A DNA stretch of 64,000 nucleotides from Candidatus Marinacidobacterales bacterium. Its GTDB lineage: Bacteria; Acidobacteriota; Vicinamibacteria; Marinacidobacterales; DATDRI01. Position 1 is the first letter of the stretch. Every line of letters starts with the position of its first letter. Made by a program: the position numbers and the translations under genes. The stretch covers positions 640,001 to 704,000 of the forward strand of contig OZ244742.1 of assembly GCA_965219415.1 (NCBI GenBank). Direction: 5' to 3'. Under the pieces are notes generated by a model that did not search any database, had not been told where the DNA came from, and saw only the letters and a list, made by a program, of their open reading frames with translations. Shown piece by piece: positions 11,183 to 23,713 of the stretch.

Positions 11183-12451
11183 ATGTGGAAGACAGTCCGC
11201 GGTTCCCTGCTCCTTTGGACAGCCGTCGCCGTTACCGCCCCGGCCGGGGTGCGGCCGAATACTTCTACTGACGGTGATTGGAATCAGTGGAGAGGACCCC
11301 ATCGCACCGGCGTAGTCGCTAGCGTGACGCCGCAGGATTGGCCGGAGCAGTTCGAGCTCGTTTGGACCAAGAAGGTTGGCGAGGGCATGTCGGGGCCGGT
11401 GGTGGCCGGTGACACCCTCTTTCTCCACGCTCGCCGAGGAGTTTTCGGGAAGTCGTTGCCGCCTACGAACTGGGAACCGGCAAGCGACTCTGGAGCGATA
11501 ACTACGACGCACCCTACGATCCGATCTACGAAGCGGCCTCTCACGGTCGGGGACCGTTCTCGACTCCGGCGATAGCCGACGGTCGTTTGTTCACCCTTGG
11601 TACCACCGGCATCCTCACCGCCTATGACCACGAGTCGGGCAGACGCGTTTGGCAACGTCGCTCGGGGGCGGGGTTTCAAACGCCTTTTCCCGAATATGGC
11701 ATCGCCGCTTCGCCACTCATCGTCGGGGAACGATGCATCGTGCAGGCCGGGGGTTTGCGCGGCGGTGGCCTCATCGCGTTCGATGTAAGTACCGGAGAGC
11801 CGGAGTGGCGTTGGGATGGCGACGGTCCGGGCTACGCATCGCCGATTTTGGTTTCATTCGACGGCGTCCCACAGGTGTGACTCAGACCCAATTGAACGTC
11901 GTTGCGCTCACCCCAGAAGATGGCCGCCTCTTGTGGAAATTTCCTATCGGGCAGGCGGTAACAACAACATCGTGACTCCGGTTGTCTCCCGGGATCTGTT
12001 GATACTGTCCGGGTATCAGATGGGAATAGAAGCGAGGCGGATCGAGCGATCAAACGGGCGTTGGACCACCGAACGGATCTGGCACCAACCCCAATTGTGG
12101 ATGTTCCTCAGTACGCCGGTCATCGTGCGCGATCGGCTGTACGGCTATTCGGATACCAAGAGAGGACGCTTCTTTTGCTTGGACTCGCGGAGCGGTGAGA
12201 TCGTCTGGACGAGCCCTGGACGGCAAGCCGGGCACGCGAGCTTGATCGGCACCCCAAAGGCTGTCCTGGCACTCAAGGAATCGGGCGAGCTCCTCATATT
12301 CCAAACCGGCGTCAGAGAGCTCGAGGTGTTGGCCGATTACACGGTCGCCGACGGGGAGACTTGGGCCTACCCGGCCCTGGTCGATGGACGACTCATCATC
12401 GTCAAAGGCACGGACAGTTTGAACGCATGGAGCGTCCCTTCCGTCGGTTAA
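11183..12451 (+). pseudogene. PQQ-like beta-propeller (BamB-like) exported protein, about 3 frameshifts
   Basis: DWNQWRGP, GPFSTP, GYASP and ETWAYP spread across frames. Confidence 0.75.
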
Positions 12452-12492
12452 CCTCGCCTTCCCCACTTCAAGGCCAACCGACACCTCCAGAA

Positions 12493-14695
12493 TCAATCCG
12501 TGCGCGGCAGCACGTACACGCCGCCTTCGTCATAGACGAGCTGCCATTCGGAGTAACTCTTTAGTTTGTTGCTCAGGACGAGATTGCTCAGCGGTATCTG
12601 CATCAGGCGCTCGAGCGTTCGCTGCAACTCGCGAGCTCCCAAGGTCTCGCTGTAGCCGCACTTCGCGATAAAGGCCTCGGCTTCGGGCGTGACCGTCAAG
12701 CGAACCCCGTGCTGCTCTTGAACCTTTTCGCTCATGGCGCGAATCCAAGGTCGTAAGATCCGCAAGGCGTGTTGCTCTTCGAGCGGGCGGAAGACGATGA
12801 CTTCGTCGAGCCGGTTCCAAAGCTCCGGGCGGAACCACTGTTGCGCCTGCTCCAAGATCGCTTTCTCCTGGATCGCGCCGTCCTCGCCTCCCCCGAAGCC
12901 GAGCGGCTCTTTATCGGTCGTCGTACCCAAGTTGGACGTCATTACGAACACGGTGTGGCGGGCGTCCGCTTTCCGCCCCCTACTATCGGTCAAGCGTCCC
13001 TCGTCGAAGACCTAAAGAAACAGATCCAAGATCCGTGAATGAGCCTTTTCGATCTCGTCGAGGAGCACTACGGAATAAGGCTTGCGATTCAGCCTGGAAG
13101 TGAGCTGGCCTCCCTCGTCGTGACCTACATAGCCCGGCGGGGCGCCGATAAGCTTCGAAACGCTGTGCTCCTCCATGTACTCCGACATATCGAAGCGGAC
13201 CAGCTCGGATGAGCTCCCAAAAAGGAACTCCGCAAGAAGACGGGCCTGAAGGAGCACGCCTTCTCGATCTCGATCAGTTTCTCGGGGAACAGCTGGTTGG
13301 ACAGGATCATGCCATTCACCGCGTCGCACAGCGGATTCGGTTGGCGCATTCGGGGATCAAGACGAGGCGAGGGCCCATCTCCGTTTTTCCGACCCCGGTG
13401 GGACCCAGGAAGAGAAACACCGCCATCGGCGCTTTCTAAACCCTCTAGAAAAGCGCTCGGGCGGTACGCCCCGCTTATCGGCCAGCACATGGGCGACCGC
13501 CTCCTCGGTGACGTCGCCGCATACCGCGGACCCGGAGACTGAGGTCGAACCGCCGCCTTGCTCCGGCGCCATCCAGAATACGCACCTGGTGGTGAACCTC
13601 CCACTTCGCTTTCAAGCCCTGAAGAATCTCCAGCGTTTCTTCGCGGGTCGGCTCCCCCACCAACACCTTCTCGAACCTCCGTTCCATCGCCGGATCGGAT
13701 TCGATGTGACGACTGTATTCCTCTGGCGTCGTGGCGCCGATGCAACGGAGCTCCCCGCGAGATAGAGCCGGCTTCAGCATGTTGGCGGCATCGAGGCCTT
13801 GGTCCTCAGAGCGTCCCGCAACCATTACGGTGTGGAGCTCATCGATGAAGATCACCAGCTTGGGATCCTTCCTCGCTCGCGCCAAGATGCTAGAGAGTCT
13901 TTTTTCGAACTCGCCGCGATATTTGGTGCCCGCAAGCAAATTCCCTATGTTGATCTCCCAGATGCGCAACCCATCTAGGACCGCCTTGTCCTTGCCGGCT
14001 GCGGCACGCATTGCCAGCCCTTCCACGATCGCGGTCTTCCCCACACCCTCCTCGCCAACGAGCACCGGATAGTTCTTCGATTCACGTGCTAGCGTTTGAA
14101 GAAGTTGGAGGAGCTCGTCACGTCGTCCGACGACCGGCCCTAGCTTCCCCTCCGCCGCCAGCCGTGTGAGATCTCTCCCGAACCGCTCCAGCGTGGAGCT
14201 CGACCCTTCGCCCTTGTTGATCGCGTCGAGATTCATTCTCAAGAGCTCCTCGCGAAGCAGCTTTGGAACCACGTGACTTCGTTCCAGAACCTTTCGGATG
14301 GCGGGGTCGGGATCCTCCAAGAGAGCAACCATGAGCGCGAGCGAGGAGGCAGGAGCTCCGGCGACCTCCTTTGCTTTCTGGAAAGCCTTTTTGCAGTCGA
14401 CGTTTCGGCTGATGGGACTTCCGTCGTTTGGGGTGTCGCCCGTGCCCAGGAACGACCGAACCCTACTCCGCGCCTTGGTGGGATCGAGCTTCACGCGCTC
14501 GAGCACCCCGCCGAGAATCCCGACCTCGGTAGAAATTGCATCGACGTCCGCGGTTTCGCTATCGTCGACGATCTTGCCGAGACTCAGCAATCCGATAAAG
14601 AGATGGGCCGGCTCGATCTTGGCGTGTTTCCCCCCCGCGGCTTCCGCGGCTGCGATCTTCCACACCATGGAGGCGCCGGGCGTGAGCCGCTTCAA
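12493..14695 (-). pseudogene. ClpA/ClpC-family AAA+ ATPase with an internal deletion, an inverted segment and a nonsense codon
   Basis: LERFGRDLT, GEEGVGKT, GTKYRGEFE, FIDELH and RRFE; second [44 protein letters not shown]; TAG at 13012-13014 where Gln is expected (LFL*VFDEG). Confidence 0.85.
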
Positions 14696-15159
14696 ACCGC
14701 CCCCGCCTGGGTAGTCCCCTCGCCTGCCACTCCCGTTGCCGGACTCTCTCCCAAGACCTTGAGGACTTGCAACTGAAAGCCGTTTGACCGACCAGGCTTT
14801 ATAGGCCCGGACCCAGTGGTTTCGGCCGCCGAGCCGGGTGCTGGCGAGGGGGCAGCGGCGGAGACTTGGCCCAGCGAGAGGAGTGCGGATTCGTCGCCTA
14901 CGTTGCGCACCGGCCCGCAGAAAGGGCACGCGGGCGCACGTTCGAACACTTTTCTCCCGCAAGGGCGACAAAATAACGAGCATCGGTTCGCTTCAGGAAA
15001 TGCTTTATAAATATGATACGACCCGAAGGCTGGAAAGAAAAGTGCCCGCCAGCGGGGGCTTTTGGGGCTGCGCGGTCTTTCTTGGAGGGGTCAGTCAGTT
15101 CCGTCACGGGCCTCGGTCCATGCTCGCAACGCTGCGGTTACTTGTTCGGGGCTGAATCA

Positions 15160-17131
15160 TCACGCTACATAGCGCGAGCGATGGCTTCTCGCGCGGCACG
15201 GCCACCCTCGGTGATCCCGTTCGACCACGCCTGAACGCCGGTCAGCTCCGAGTGACCGAAGGAGATCCTGCCGTATCCCTTCCGCACCACTTCCCGGGCC
15301 GGTGGGTTGCCGTTCTGCCCGAAGTAGAACCCCGGTTGGGGCGAGACATAAGCGTGCCCCCATCGGTTGAGGATGATACCGGCAATGTCTTCGCGCGGAT
15401 CGAACCCTTGCTCTCCAAAGAGGCGCACCAGCCGCTTTCGGACCTCGAGCTCGAATTCCCGATACGACTTAGAAAGAAGGTCGGTGCGGCTCAGCGCAAT
15501 CTGTGTTTCGATCCGCTTGCCCGCGTGACCCACGAACGGAACATAGAAGGTCAAGATGGCGGGTTTTGAGGGATCGAGAGGCTGCGTGGCACCCTCCACG
15601 ATCATCGGCTGGCGAATGTTGGCGAACCATCCGAAGCCTTCGAACCAACGAGCTGCAGAGATTCCGAGCCGCTCCATGAAACGCCAGTTCCGAAGAGCAA
15701 CGTTCACGATCAACATGGGTGCGTGGTGGAAACTGAGGTAGGCCTTTTGGATCTCCGGCGGCATGTCGGCGAGTACGTAGCGTGCGATCCAACCACCCGC
15801 CGCGACGACGGCAGCCTTGGCTCTCACCCGGAAGAGCTTGCTCCCCTTCGAGTACGTCACTAAAACTTCCTTGGCCGTCTCGGGTGGTCCATCGTGCTCC
15901 ATGCGCACCACCGTGGCACCGAGGCGGATCCTCATGCGATTCTCAGGAGAATCCAGAGCATCAAAGTTCGTCGCACCGAACGCGACTTCGTGGAAACTCC
16001 GGTCTCCCTCAATGGCTTGGGGTAGTGCCGATTTCACGAGATGACGCAACATCGCGGCGTTGCCACCCGGGAAGCTCACGAAGGAACGGTCCTGGTAATA
16101 CCGCCGCCGGGCGGGAGGAATGAACGCTCCCATCCCCGGCATTTGGAGCCGATAGGCCCCGTGGGCCGAGACGACGTCGCCGCTCACTCCGAATGACGCT
16201 GCGGCGAAGTAGGGATCGATGTAGTCGTAGAGCACTTGAGGCGATACACCGAGCTCCTTAACCAGGAAATCCTGATACGTCATCGTGTCCAGCCAGCGTT
16301 CCCAACCCTCACTCGGCACGGTCGGCTTCGCGCGATCGAAAAGGACAGCGTTCATGTCATTCCGGAGACCTTCCGGTACCGGTGTCCCCTCGAACCCTTC
16401 CCTGTGCGCATCGATAAGCCATTTCGCACTGCCGTCGTCCTGGCCGTAGAAATATCGAATCGACGCTCGTTCCGGCCACTTCATCATCGGGCCGAAATTG
16501 TCGCTCGCGAATCGGATGGCTTTGTTGGTACCAGAGAGTTCCTGGTACGAGAACTCCACTGGGCAAATCGAGCTCGTCCCAAACTTCGGGAACGAATCCC
16601 GCCTCTCGAGCGAGCGGATCGGGACCGATGAAGGAGTTGGATCCTTGCGGCCCATACAAATGGTATCCGTCGACGAGGATCTCGTTTTGCTTCGCCTCGC
16701 CACCGAACATCTCGTGATTCTCGAGCACCAAGCATGAGCCGCGTGTCGTTTCTCGCTCGAAGGTATAGGCGGCTCCGAAACCGGAAAATCCCCCGCCGAC
16801 AACGACGAGTTCGTACTCCTCGCCCACGTCGACCGCCGTTTCCGGAATCGAATTGCCGGTCCCTCACGATGTGAGCCGCATTAACGACCTCGTGGGTATT
16901 CCCATTGGAACGGGCGTAGTCTCCGATGCCGCCGGGTCCGGTCCAGTCGGGACCCAAGAGCTCCGGTGAAGGTGGAGAAGGTTCCTGTTTCGCACTCCTA
17001 CAGGCAGGGGCGTTCATAGCAAGAAGAGCCGTGCCCGAACCCACGAGAGTCGAACCCAAGAAGTCCCGACGGGTAATTCGACAGTCCAGCCCTAGCTCTT
17101 TTTCGTCACGACTCCAACGACTCTTCTTCAC
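15160..17131 (-). pseudogene. Spermidine dehydrogenase (SpdH)-like FAD-binding oxidoreductase, several frameshifts
   Basis: Tat TRRDFL, WTGPGGIGDY, VVGGGFSG, FGGEAKQNE, FPGGNA and NRWGHAY. Confidence 0.75.
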
Positions 17132-18888
17132 TCCGTCGTCGACTCCCGACGCCTGGCTCGGCTGGATTGTGGCACCTCGACCTTTTGGCGTCCAGCACGA
17201 GGCTCACCAAGCAACTCTAGCCTTATCAACGCGGGAGGGATCTGCCCCGAGTGCAGAAGCTTGTCGTAAAACTCCTTCGGTTTCTCCGGCACGCCGAAAC
17301 GCTCGTAGTCGTCGTCGCGAATTTCTTCAATCTCCATCATGCCTATGAGGTACCCCAGGACCATCGTCGGCATCCTGACGTACATGCCCACCTCCAGCTC
17401 GGCCGCGAAGCGCTCGAAACGAACCTTGTCCGCGAGGAGATCGACGCCCTCCTCGAAGCTCATTTGGCCGGTGTGCATGCCGGAATCGATGATGACACGC
17501 GCCGCTCGCCAAAGTCGGTTCCTGAGCACGGTGAGTCGTACGTCGTCGCCCTGGAGAAACCCGAGATCCCACATGAGTTGCTCCGTGTAGAGACCCCACC
17601 CCTCTCCGAAGATGGACTCGCGCACGACACCGCGCAGCACGCGCGGGTTCTCGTTCGCCTTTAGGGCGGCGACATGATGGCCGGGATAGGCCTCGTGAAC
17701 CGCGATGATGGGCACCCAAGAGAAGTGGTGGGATCTCAAGCGCTGCTGCTGCTGCTCGGGACTCATCGAATCGTCGATGGGCGTCAGGATCAGCCTGCCG
17801 CGCAAGTGATCATCGAAGGGGCTCACCGAGCTGAAAGTGCCGAACGGAGAGGAGCGTCGCATGGCTTCGGGTGTGTCCTCCACGACGACGGTTTCTCCTT
17901 CCGGAAGGGTGACGGCTTCGTTCTCGATGAGAAACTTCTGGGCCGCATCTAGTTGAGTCCGGTAGGCATCCTTTATCTGGTCGGCGGACGGATGGTCGTC
18001 CTTTAGGGATTCGTAGACCTCCACCCAGTGCTTTCCGGGATCGATGCGCTCCGCAACCTCTTGGAGCTCCACCTCGATTTCCTCGAAGGCCTTGAGTCCT
18101 CGTTCGTGGATGGATTCGGCATCGTCCTCTAGGAACCAACGATGCTCGAGAAGGTAGCTGTAGGCCTCGGCTCCCAGCCCCCAGCTCCCCGTCGACCGAG
18201 CCAGCAAGTCTTCCTTCAAGAAAGACTCATAGCCTCGCAGCGATGCAACCGCCTTGGCCGCGACCTCTTTCAGCCCCTCATCGCCGCTCTCGGTTGCGAG
18301 CTCAGCGATCTCTTGCTCCAGAAAACGGATCGTCCCCGTCGTCTGAAACATGGCCGCATTCGTGAACCGTTCCGGGGGATTCTTGAGGTTCTTTTGCCCC
18401 TCGGCCACCATTCCGGGCAACGCTTCGAGCCAACGGATCAGGCGCCCCACCCTTTCCTCCGGCGCAAGCGAATCCATCCCAAAGATTCTGGAAATGGACT
18501 GAAACGGGACGTAGGCGGTGGGATCGTTCTCCCAGGGCCTTCGCGCCTCGGCCTCGTAGATGGCAGAGTCCAGCTGACTGATAAGAAGGAGGCGATCGAT
18601 CCTCTGCTCCGGTGAAAGCCCGGTCGGATCGACGCCGCGGACCTCGGCCAAAAGCCCCCGCTTTTCGTCGATCCGCTGAGCAAACCCTTCCGTCGACAAA
18701 TCTGGAGAAGATGGATTATCTGCTCCTCGCCACTGGTAATCACTCCGTTTCATGCTGACGTACTGCTCGACCAGTGCGTCCAGCGCCGCCGGGCCTTCGG
18801 GCACCGATTCCCCGACCGGCTGACAGGCTCCGGCTGCCAGTGAAACGGCACACGCCATCGCAACGAGTGTCCTCTCATTCATGCGCAT
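17128..18888 (-). CDS. DUF885-family lipoprotein (putative metallopeptidase)
   Basis: Lipobox LAAGAC; HEAYPGHH, EGWGLYTE and RAARVIIDSGMH. Confidence 0.85.
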   Translation of the reverse strand: MRMNERTLVAMACAVSLAAGACQPVGESVPEGPAALDALVEQYVSMKRSDYQWRGADNPSSPDLSTEGFAQRIDEKRGLLAEVRGVDPTGLSPEQRIDRLLLISQLDSAIYEAEARRPWENDPTAYVPFQSISRIFGMDSLAPEERVGRLIRWLEALPGMVAEGQKNLKNPPERFTNAAMFQTTGTIRFLEQEIAELATESGDEGLKEVAAKAVASLRGYESFLKEDLLARSTGSWGLGAEAYSYLLEHRWFLEDDAESIHERGLKAFEEIEVELQEVAERIDPGKHWVEVYESLKDDHPSADQIKDAYRTQLDAAQKFLIENEAVTLPEGETVVVEDTPEAMRRSSPFGTFSSVSPFDDHLRGRLILTPIDDSMSPEQQQQRLRSHHFSWVPIIAVHEAYPGHHVAALKANENPRVLRGVVRESIFGEGWGLYTEQLMWDLGFLQGDDVRLTVLRNRLWRAARVIIDSGMHTGQMSFEEGVDLLADKVRFERFAAELEVGMYVRMPTMVLGYLIGMMEIEEIRDDDYERFGVPEKPKEFYDKLLHSGQIPPALIRLELLGEPRAGRQKVEVPQSSRARRRESTTE

Positions 18889-19002
18889 ATCTGTCCCCTT
18901 CCGACGGGGCGGATTCTATGTTGGTGCCCCGGGATGGGCAAATGAAATGCCGGCGGGAAAAGTTTGCGCTTCACGAGCAAATGAGTACAGTTGGTCGCTG
19001 CG

Positions 19003-19835
19003 ATGATGCTCAAGTACTCCGTCGCCTTCCTACTGTTTTGCGCTCCTCTGGCTTGGGCCCAAGGTAAGAATGACAAGGAAGAGGTGAAACCCGAGGACGT
19101 CAAAAGATTCCTCGATCCCACGGTCATGATCAACAGCTTCGACTACTCGTTCACCGCCAATTTCATACCGTCCGACATTCACGCTTACTCGCACACCGTG
19201 TCGCCGTTTTGGGCGGTGAACCGATGGACCGGATTCTGGGCGGAGATCCCGTACCGAGATTTCAACGCCTCCGACGGTGGAGGAACCTCAGGTGTCGGAG
19301 ACGTCGTGCTGGGATGGGGAGCGGTAACGCACGAGAACCTCGAGCGCCGTCTCACCACCTCAGCGGTGTCGTTCGAAGCCATCGCCCCCACCGGAAGCTT
19401 GAGGAAGCAAACTGGCTCCGGAGCCTGGGTGCTAGCTCCCGCCGCTGCATTAGCCTTCAACCCCACCGATGTGTTTCCAGTTTATGTCACTGGGCGTTAT
19501 TTGCACTCGGTCGGAACGCCCGAGCCCATAGAACGCAACGGCGAGATGCCCGAAAAGGTTGACGGTGCCGATCTTCGCGTTCGCTCCTTGGAGCTCGCAA
19601 TCACCACCGTGCACATCTTGCCCAAGGGTTTTTTCGTATCGGCTATCCCGAGCTTCGTCTACAATTTCAATCAAGATTTCAACCTCTTCTCCTTGGGAGT
19701 GGGGGCGGACGCGCACTCAACAGGAGCTTCCTTGTCAGTGGGGGCTACGTCCATCATGTAGTCGGCCGGGAAACGTTCAACCAGGCCTTCACCGTGCAAT
19801 TGAGCTTCATATTCGGCGAACGGAAAGACAAGTAA
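19003..19835 (+). pseudogene. Putative outer-membrane beta-barrel protein, frameshift near 19705
   Basis: Signal peptide, SGVGD and APTG...GSG motifs; the shifted frame ends ...FTVQLSFIFGERKDK. Confidence 0.5.
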
Positions 19836-19844
19836 CGACGAACG

Positions 19845-19873
19845 TTGACACGCCATCGCCCGCGTGGTACAAG
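19845..19873 (+). promoter_or_regulatory. Sigma70-type promoter of the fdn operon
   Basis: TTGACA (19845-19850), 17-nt spacer, TACAAG preceded by TGn; GAGG RBS before ATG 19888. Confidence 0.6.
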
Positions 19874-19887
19874 GGCATTCGAGGACC

Positions 19888-22800
19888 ATGGCCAGCGATC
19901 TATCCCGGCGACGTTTCCTTCAAACCAGTACCGCTACCCTTCTCACCACCGCCTTTGGCTTCGACCTCCGCCCTGCTGCCGCCGCCGCGCGTGAGCTGAA
20001 GATCGCGCGCACCACCCAAACCACGAGTGTTTGTCCATATTGCGCGGTCGGCTGTAGTGTCGTGATCCATACGCTCGGGGATCGAGCGAAGAACGTCAAG
20101 CCGACGGTCGTTCACATCGAGGGCGATACCGCCAGCCCCATCAATCGAGGAACCCTCTGCTCCAAGGGAATCTCTCTCAAGGAATTCGTCGTCAACGATA
20201 GACGCCTCACGCGGCCGCTCTATCGAGCCCCGGGCTCGTCGGAGTGGCAGACCATCCCGTGGGAAGACGCCATCGAGCGCATGGCGCGCCGAATCAAGGA
20301 CACCCGCGACGCTGGCTTCGAGGAGAAAGACGCTGCCGGCCGCACGGTGAATCGTCTGGAGAACATCGCTCTCATCGGTGGCTGCACCGACACCAACGAG
20401 ATCAACTACCTCCTCGGGAAGTTCCGCTTCGGTCTCGGTATCGTCACCTACGAGAATCAGGCCCGTCTCTGACACGGCCCCACGGTGGCCAGTCTGGCCG
20501 CCACATTCGGCCGGGGGGCCATGACCAACGGCTGGACGGATGTCGCCAATGCGGACGTGGTGCTGGTCATGGGCGGCAACCCAGCCGAGAACCATCCCGT
20601 GGGCTTTCGTTTCGTCATGGAAGCCAAGCGGCGTAGAAAAGCGAAGCTGGTCTGCATCGATCCCCGTTTCAATCGCACAGCCGCCGTGTCCGATGCCTAC
20701 GTGCCGATTCGCGCCGGCACCGACATTGCGTTTCTCGGTGGACTGATTCACTACGCGCTCGACAACGGGCTCTACCACGAGGACTACGTCAAGCTTCACA
20801 CCAATGCGCCCTTCATCGTGAAAGACGGTTTCTCGTTCGAGGATGGGTACTTCTCGGGATGGGACGCAGAGAAAAGGTCCTACGACAAATCCACTTGGGA
20901 GTACGAGAACGATGCTCGCGGCCACGCGAGAGTCGACCGGAGTCTCGAGCACCCTCGGTCCGTGTTTCAGCTCCTGAAAAAACACTACGCCCGCTATACG
21001 CCTGAAACGGTTGCCTCGGTCTGCGGTTGTTCGGCAGAAGAATTTCAAAAGGCGGCGGAGATCATCTGCTCCACCGGTCGCGCCGGGCGCTCGGGTACGA
21101 TTCTCTACGCCCTCGGATGGACGCAGCACAGCCACTCGGTGCAGCTCATCCATGGCGCGGCGATGCTTCAGCTCTTACTGGGCAATGTCGGAATGCCGGG
21201 CGGTGGTGTCAACGCGCAACGTGGGCATTCCAACATCCAAGGCGCGACCGATATGGGCGCGTGGGACATGTTGCCCGGCTATCTCAAGGTTCCTCGCGCC
21301 GAGTGGACTTCCCTCGCGGCCTACAATCAGGCGAACTCCCCTCGTGCGAAACGTCCGAAGTCGCTCAACTATTGGGCGAACACGCCCAAGTTCCTCGTGA
21401 GCCTGCTCAAGGCCTACTACGGGAAAGCGGCGACATCCAGGAACGAATACGGCTACCAGTACCTCCCCAAGATTGGAGAAGGGGCGAACTATAGCTGGGG
21501 GCACTTCTTCAATCGGATGGCGGTTGGCGAGATCGAGGGCATGATCGCCTTCGGCATGAATCCGGTGGCGAACGGTCCTAACTCGCCGAAGATGATCGAC
21601 GCTTTGGAAAAATTGAAATGGCTCATCGTCGTTGAGAACTTCGACACCGAAACGTCGTCTTTCTGGAACGCCAAGAAGCTTGCGGAAAAGAACTACCCGT
21701 CCGCGAAGAACCCCGACGACATCGAGACGGAAGTGTTTTTGCTCCCCGCTTCCTGCTTCGCTGAAAAAGACGGGACGTTCGTGAACTCGTCCCGCTGGCT
21801 CCAGTGGAAAAACGCCGCTCTCCCCCCGCCCGGAGAAGCACGGAACGACCAGGAGATCATCGCGCGGCTTTTCCTCGCCATCCGAAAGCTCTATGAGACC
21901 GAAGGAGGCATAGCACCCGATCCCGTCCTCTCCGTCGCCTGGGACTACGCCAACCCGACTTCCCCCGATCTCACGGAAGTGGCAAGAGAGATCAACGGAA
22001 GTGAGGTCGCGAGTGGTCGCCAGGTGTCGGGCTTCGGTGCGCTCCGCGACGACGGCTCCACGCTTTGCGGCAACTGGCTCTATTCCGGCTCCTTCCCCGA
22101 AGCCGGAAACCAGATGGCGCGCCGTGGCCAAGAAGATCCCACCGGGCTCGGGCTCTACGCGAATTGGAGCTGGAGCTGGCCCGCCAACCGCCGCATCCTT
22201 TATAACCGCGCCTCCGCCGACGAAAAGGGCAAGCCTTGGGATCCGACGCGAGCACCTATCCGTTGGGCCGATGGCCGCTGGGTGGGCGATGTGCCCGACT
22301 ACAAGGCCGACGGCCCGCCCGAGAGCCTGGGCTCCTTCATCATGCTCCCTGAAGGTGTTGCTAAGTTGTTCGCATCTGATTTTGTCGAGGGACCCTTCCC
22401 CGAACATTATGAGCCGGCGGAGTCGCCGGTCGAGAACCCGATGCATCCCGAGGTGAGCTCGAACCCCATGGCTACCGTGCTGAGCGGGGAGCTCGATTCG
22501 ATGGGATCCGCCGACGAGTTCCCTTACGTCGCGCTCACCTATCGCTTGACCGAGCACTTTCATTATTGGACGAAGCACGTGAGCTCGAGCTCCCAGCTTC
22601 AACCGACTTTTTTCGTCGAGGTGCCAGCAGATCTCGCACGCGACAAGGGAATCGACAACGGCGACCTCGTACGGGTCAGCTCTGCACGCGGATCCGTTGA
22701 AGGCCCGGCCATGGTGACTAAACGTATACGCACACTGCAGGTCAACGGACGAGCGATCTATCAGATCGGGCTACCCATTCATTGGGGTTTCGTCGGCAAG

Positions 22801-22902
22801 GTCAAAGGGCCCCTGGTGAACAATCTCACGCCCTCGGTTTTCGATCCCAATTCGGGGACTCCGGAGTACAAGGGGTTCCTGGTCAACATGGAAAAGGTCT
22901 AG
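19888..22902 (+). CDS. fdnG: Formate dehydrogenase-N/O alpha subunit, selenocysteine at TGA 20470-20472
   Basis: Tat SRRRFL; CPYCAVGC...GTLCSKG; NQARL-U-HGPTVA joins ORFs 19864-20472 and 20485-22902 in frame; RGHSNIQG; TYRLTEHFH. Confidence 0.93.
20473..20520 (+). promoter_or_regulatory. Bacterial SECIS element
   Basis: Hairpin GGTGGCCA-GTC-TGGCCGCC (20484-20502) starts 11 nt after the UGA; possible lower stem GGCCCC/GGGGCC. Confidence 0.85.
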
Positions 22903-22909
22903 AAGAAAT

Positions 22910-23713
22910 ATGGCGCACACCGTCGCAAAACTGATCGACACCACGACGTGTATCGGGTGCAAAGCGTGTGAAGCGGCGTGTCAGGAGTGGAACGACAACG
23001 GGTTCGCCATGGGCACGTTCGACGGCACCTACCAGACGATGCCCGACCTTCAGTATGACTTCTGGAACGTGATCAAGTTCAACGAGTTCGAGACCGATGA
23101 CGACGGTGGTCTCAATTGGTTGATGGCGAAATATCAGTGCATGCACTGCGTCGAGCCTGGCTGCCTCGAGGCTTGTCCGGCGCCGGGAGCCATATTCCGG
23201 CTTGAGAACGGCATCGTCGACTTCGACCACGACAAATGTATCGGCTGCGGCTATTGCATCACCGGCTGCCCGTTCGATGTTCCTCGCCTCAGTCCCATCA
23301 CCAAGAAGGTTTACAAGTGCACTCTCTGCTCAGACCGCACATCGGTCGGGCTCGAGCCGGCGTGTATCAAGGCGTGTCCCACCAACTGCCTCACCTTCGG
23401 AACTCGAGAAGACTTGGTACAGATCGCCGAAACTCGAGCCGAGGAGCTGCAGGCCGATGGCGCGCAGAACGCCGGCGTCTACAATCCCGCCGGCGTTGGC
23501 GGGACGCACGTCCTTTACGTTTTGAAAGACGCCACGCAGCCCGAGCGGTATGGCCTGCCCAAGGACCCAACGATCCCGTTGACCGTGAAGTTATGGAAGG
23601 GACCGGTGAAGTGGATCGGAAGCCTGATGTTCATCGGCGCCATCCTGGGCGCATTCCTTCATTACTTGCGTTTCGGACCGAGGACCTACAGCGATGAGCC
23701 CTCCTCAGAGTGA
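22910..23713 (+). CDS. fdnH: Formate dehydrogenase beta (4x[4Fe-4S]) subunit
   Basis: CIGCKACEAAC, CMHCVEPGC, CIGCGYCITGCP and CTLC; C-terminal TM helix. Confidence 0.92.
   Translation: MAHTVAKLIDTTTCIGCKACEAACQEWNDNGFAMGTFDGTYQTMPDLQYDFWNVIKFNEFETDDDGGLNWLMAKYQCMHCVEPGCLEACPAPGAIFRLENGIVDFDHDKCIGCGYCITGCPFDVPRLSPITKKVYKCTLCSDRTSVGLEPACIKACPTNCLTFGTREDLVQIAETRAEELQADGAQNAGVYNPAGVGGTHVLYVLKDATQPERYGLPKDPTIPLTVKLWKGPVKWIGSLMFIGAILGAFLHYLRFGPRTYSDEPSSE

Noticed and set aside
14696-15160. Long intergenic region as a riboswitch or ncRNA
   Set aside because: No riboswitch consensus or convincing extended pairing found by eye.
19900-22602. Long antisense ORFs (also 39964-41202, 52896-54335, 58913-59986)
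   Set aside because: Shadow ORFs of GC-rich genes with no motifs.
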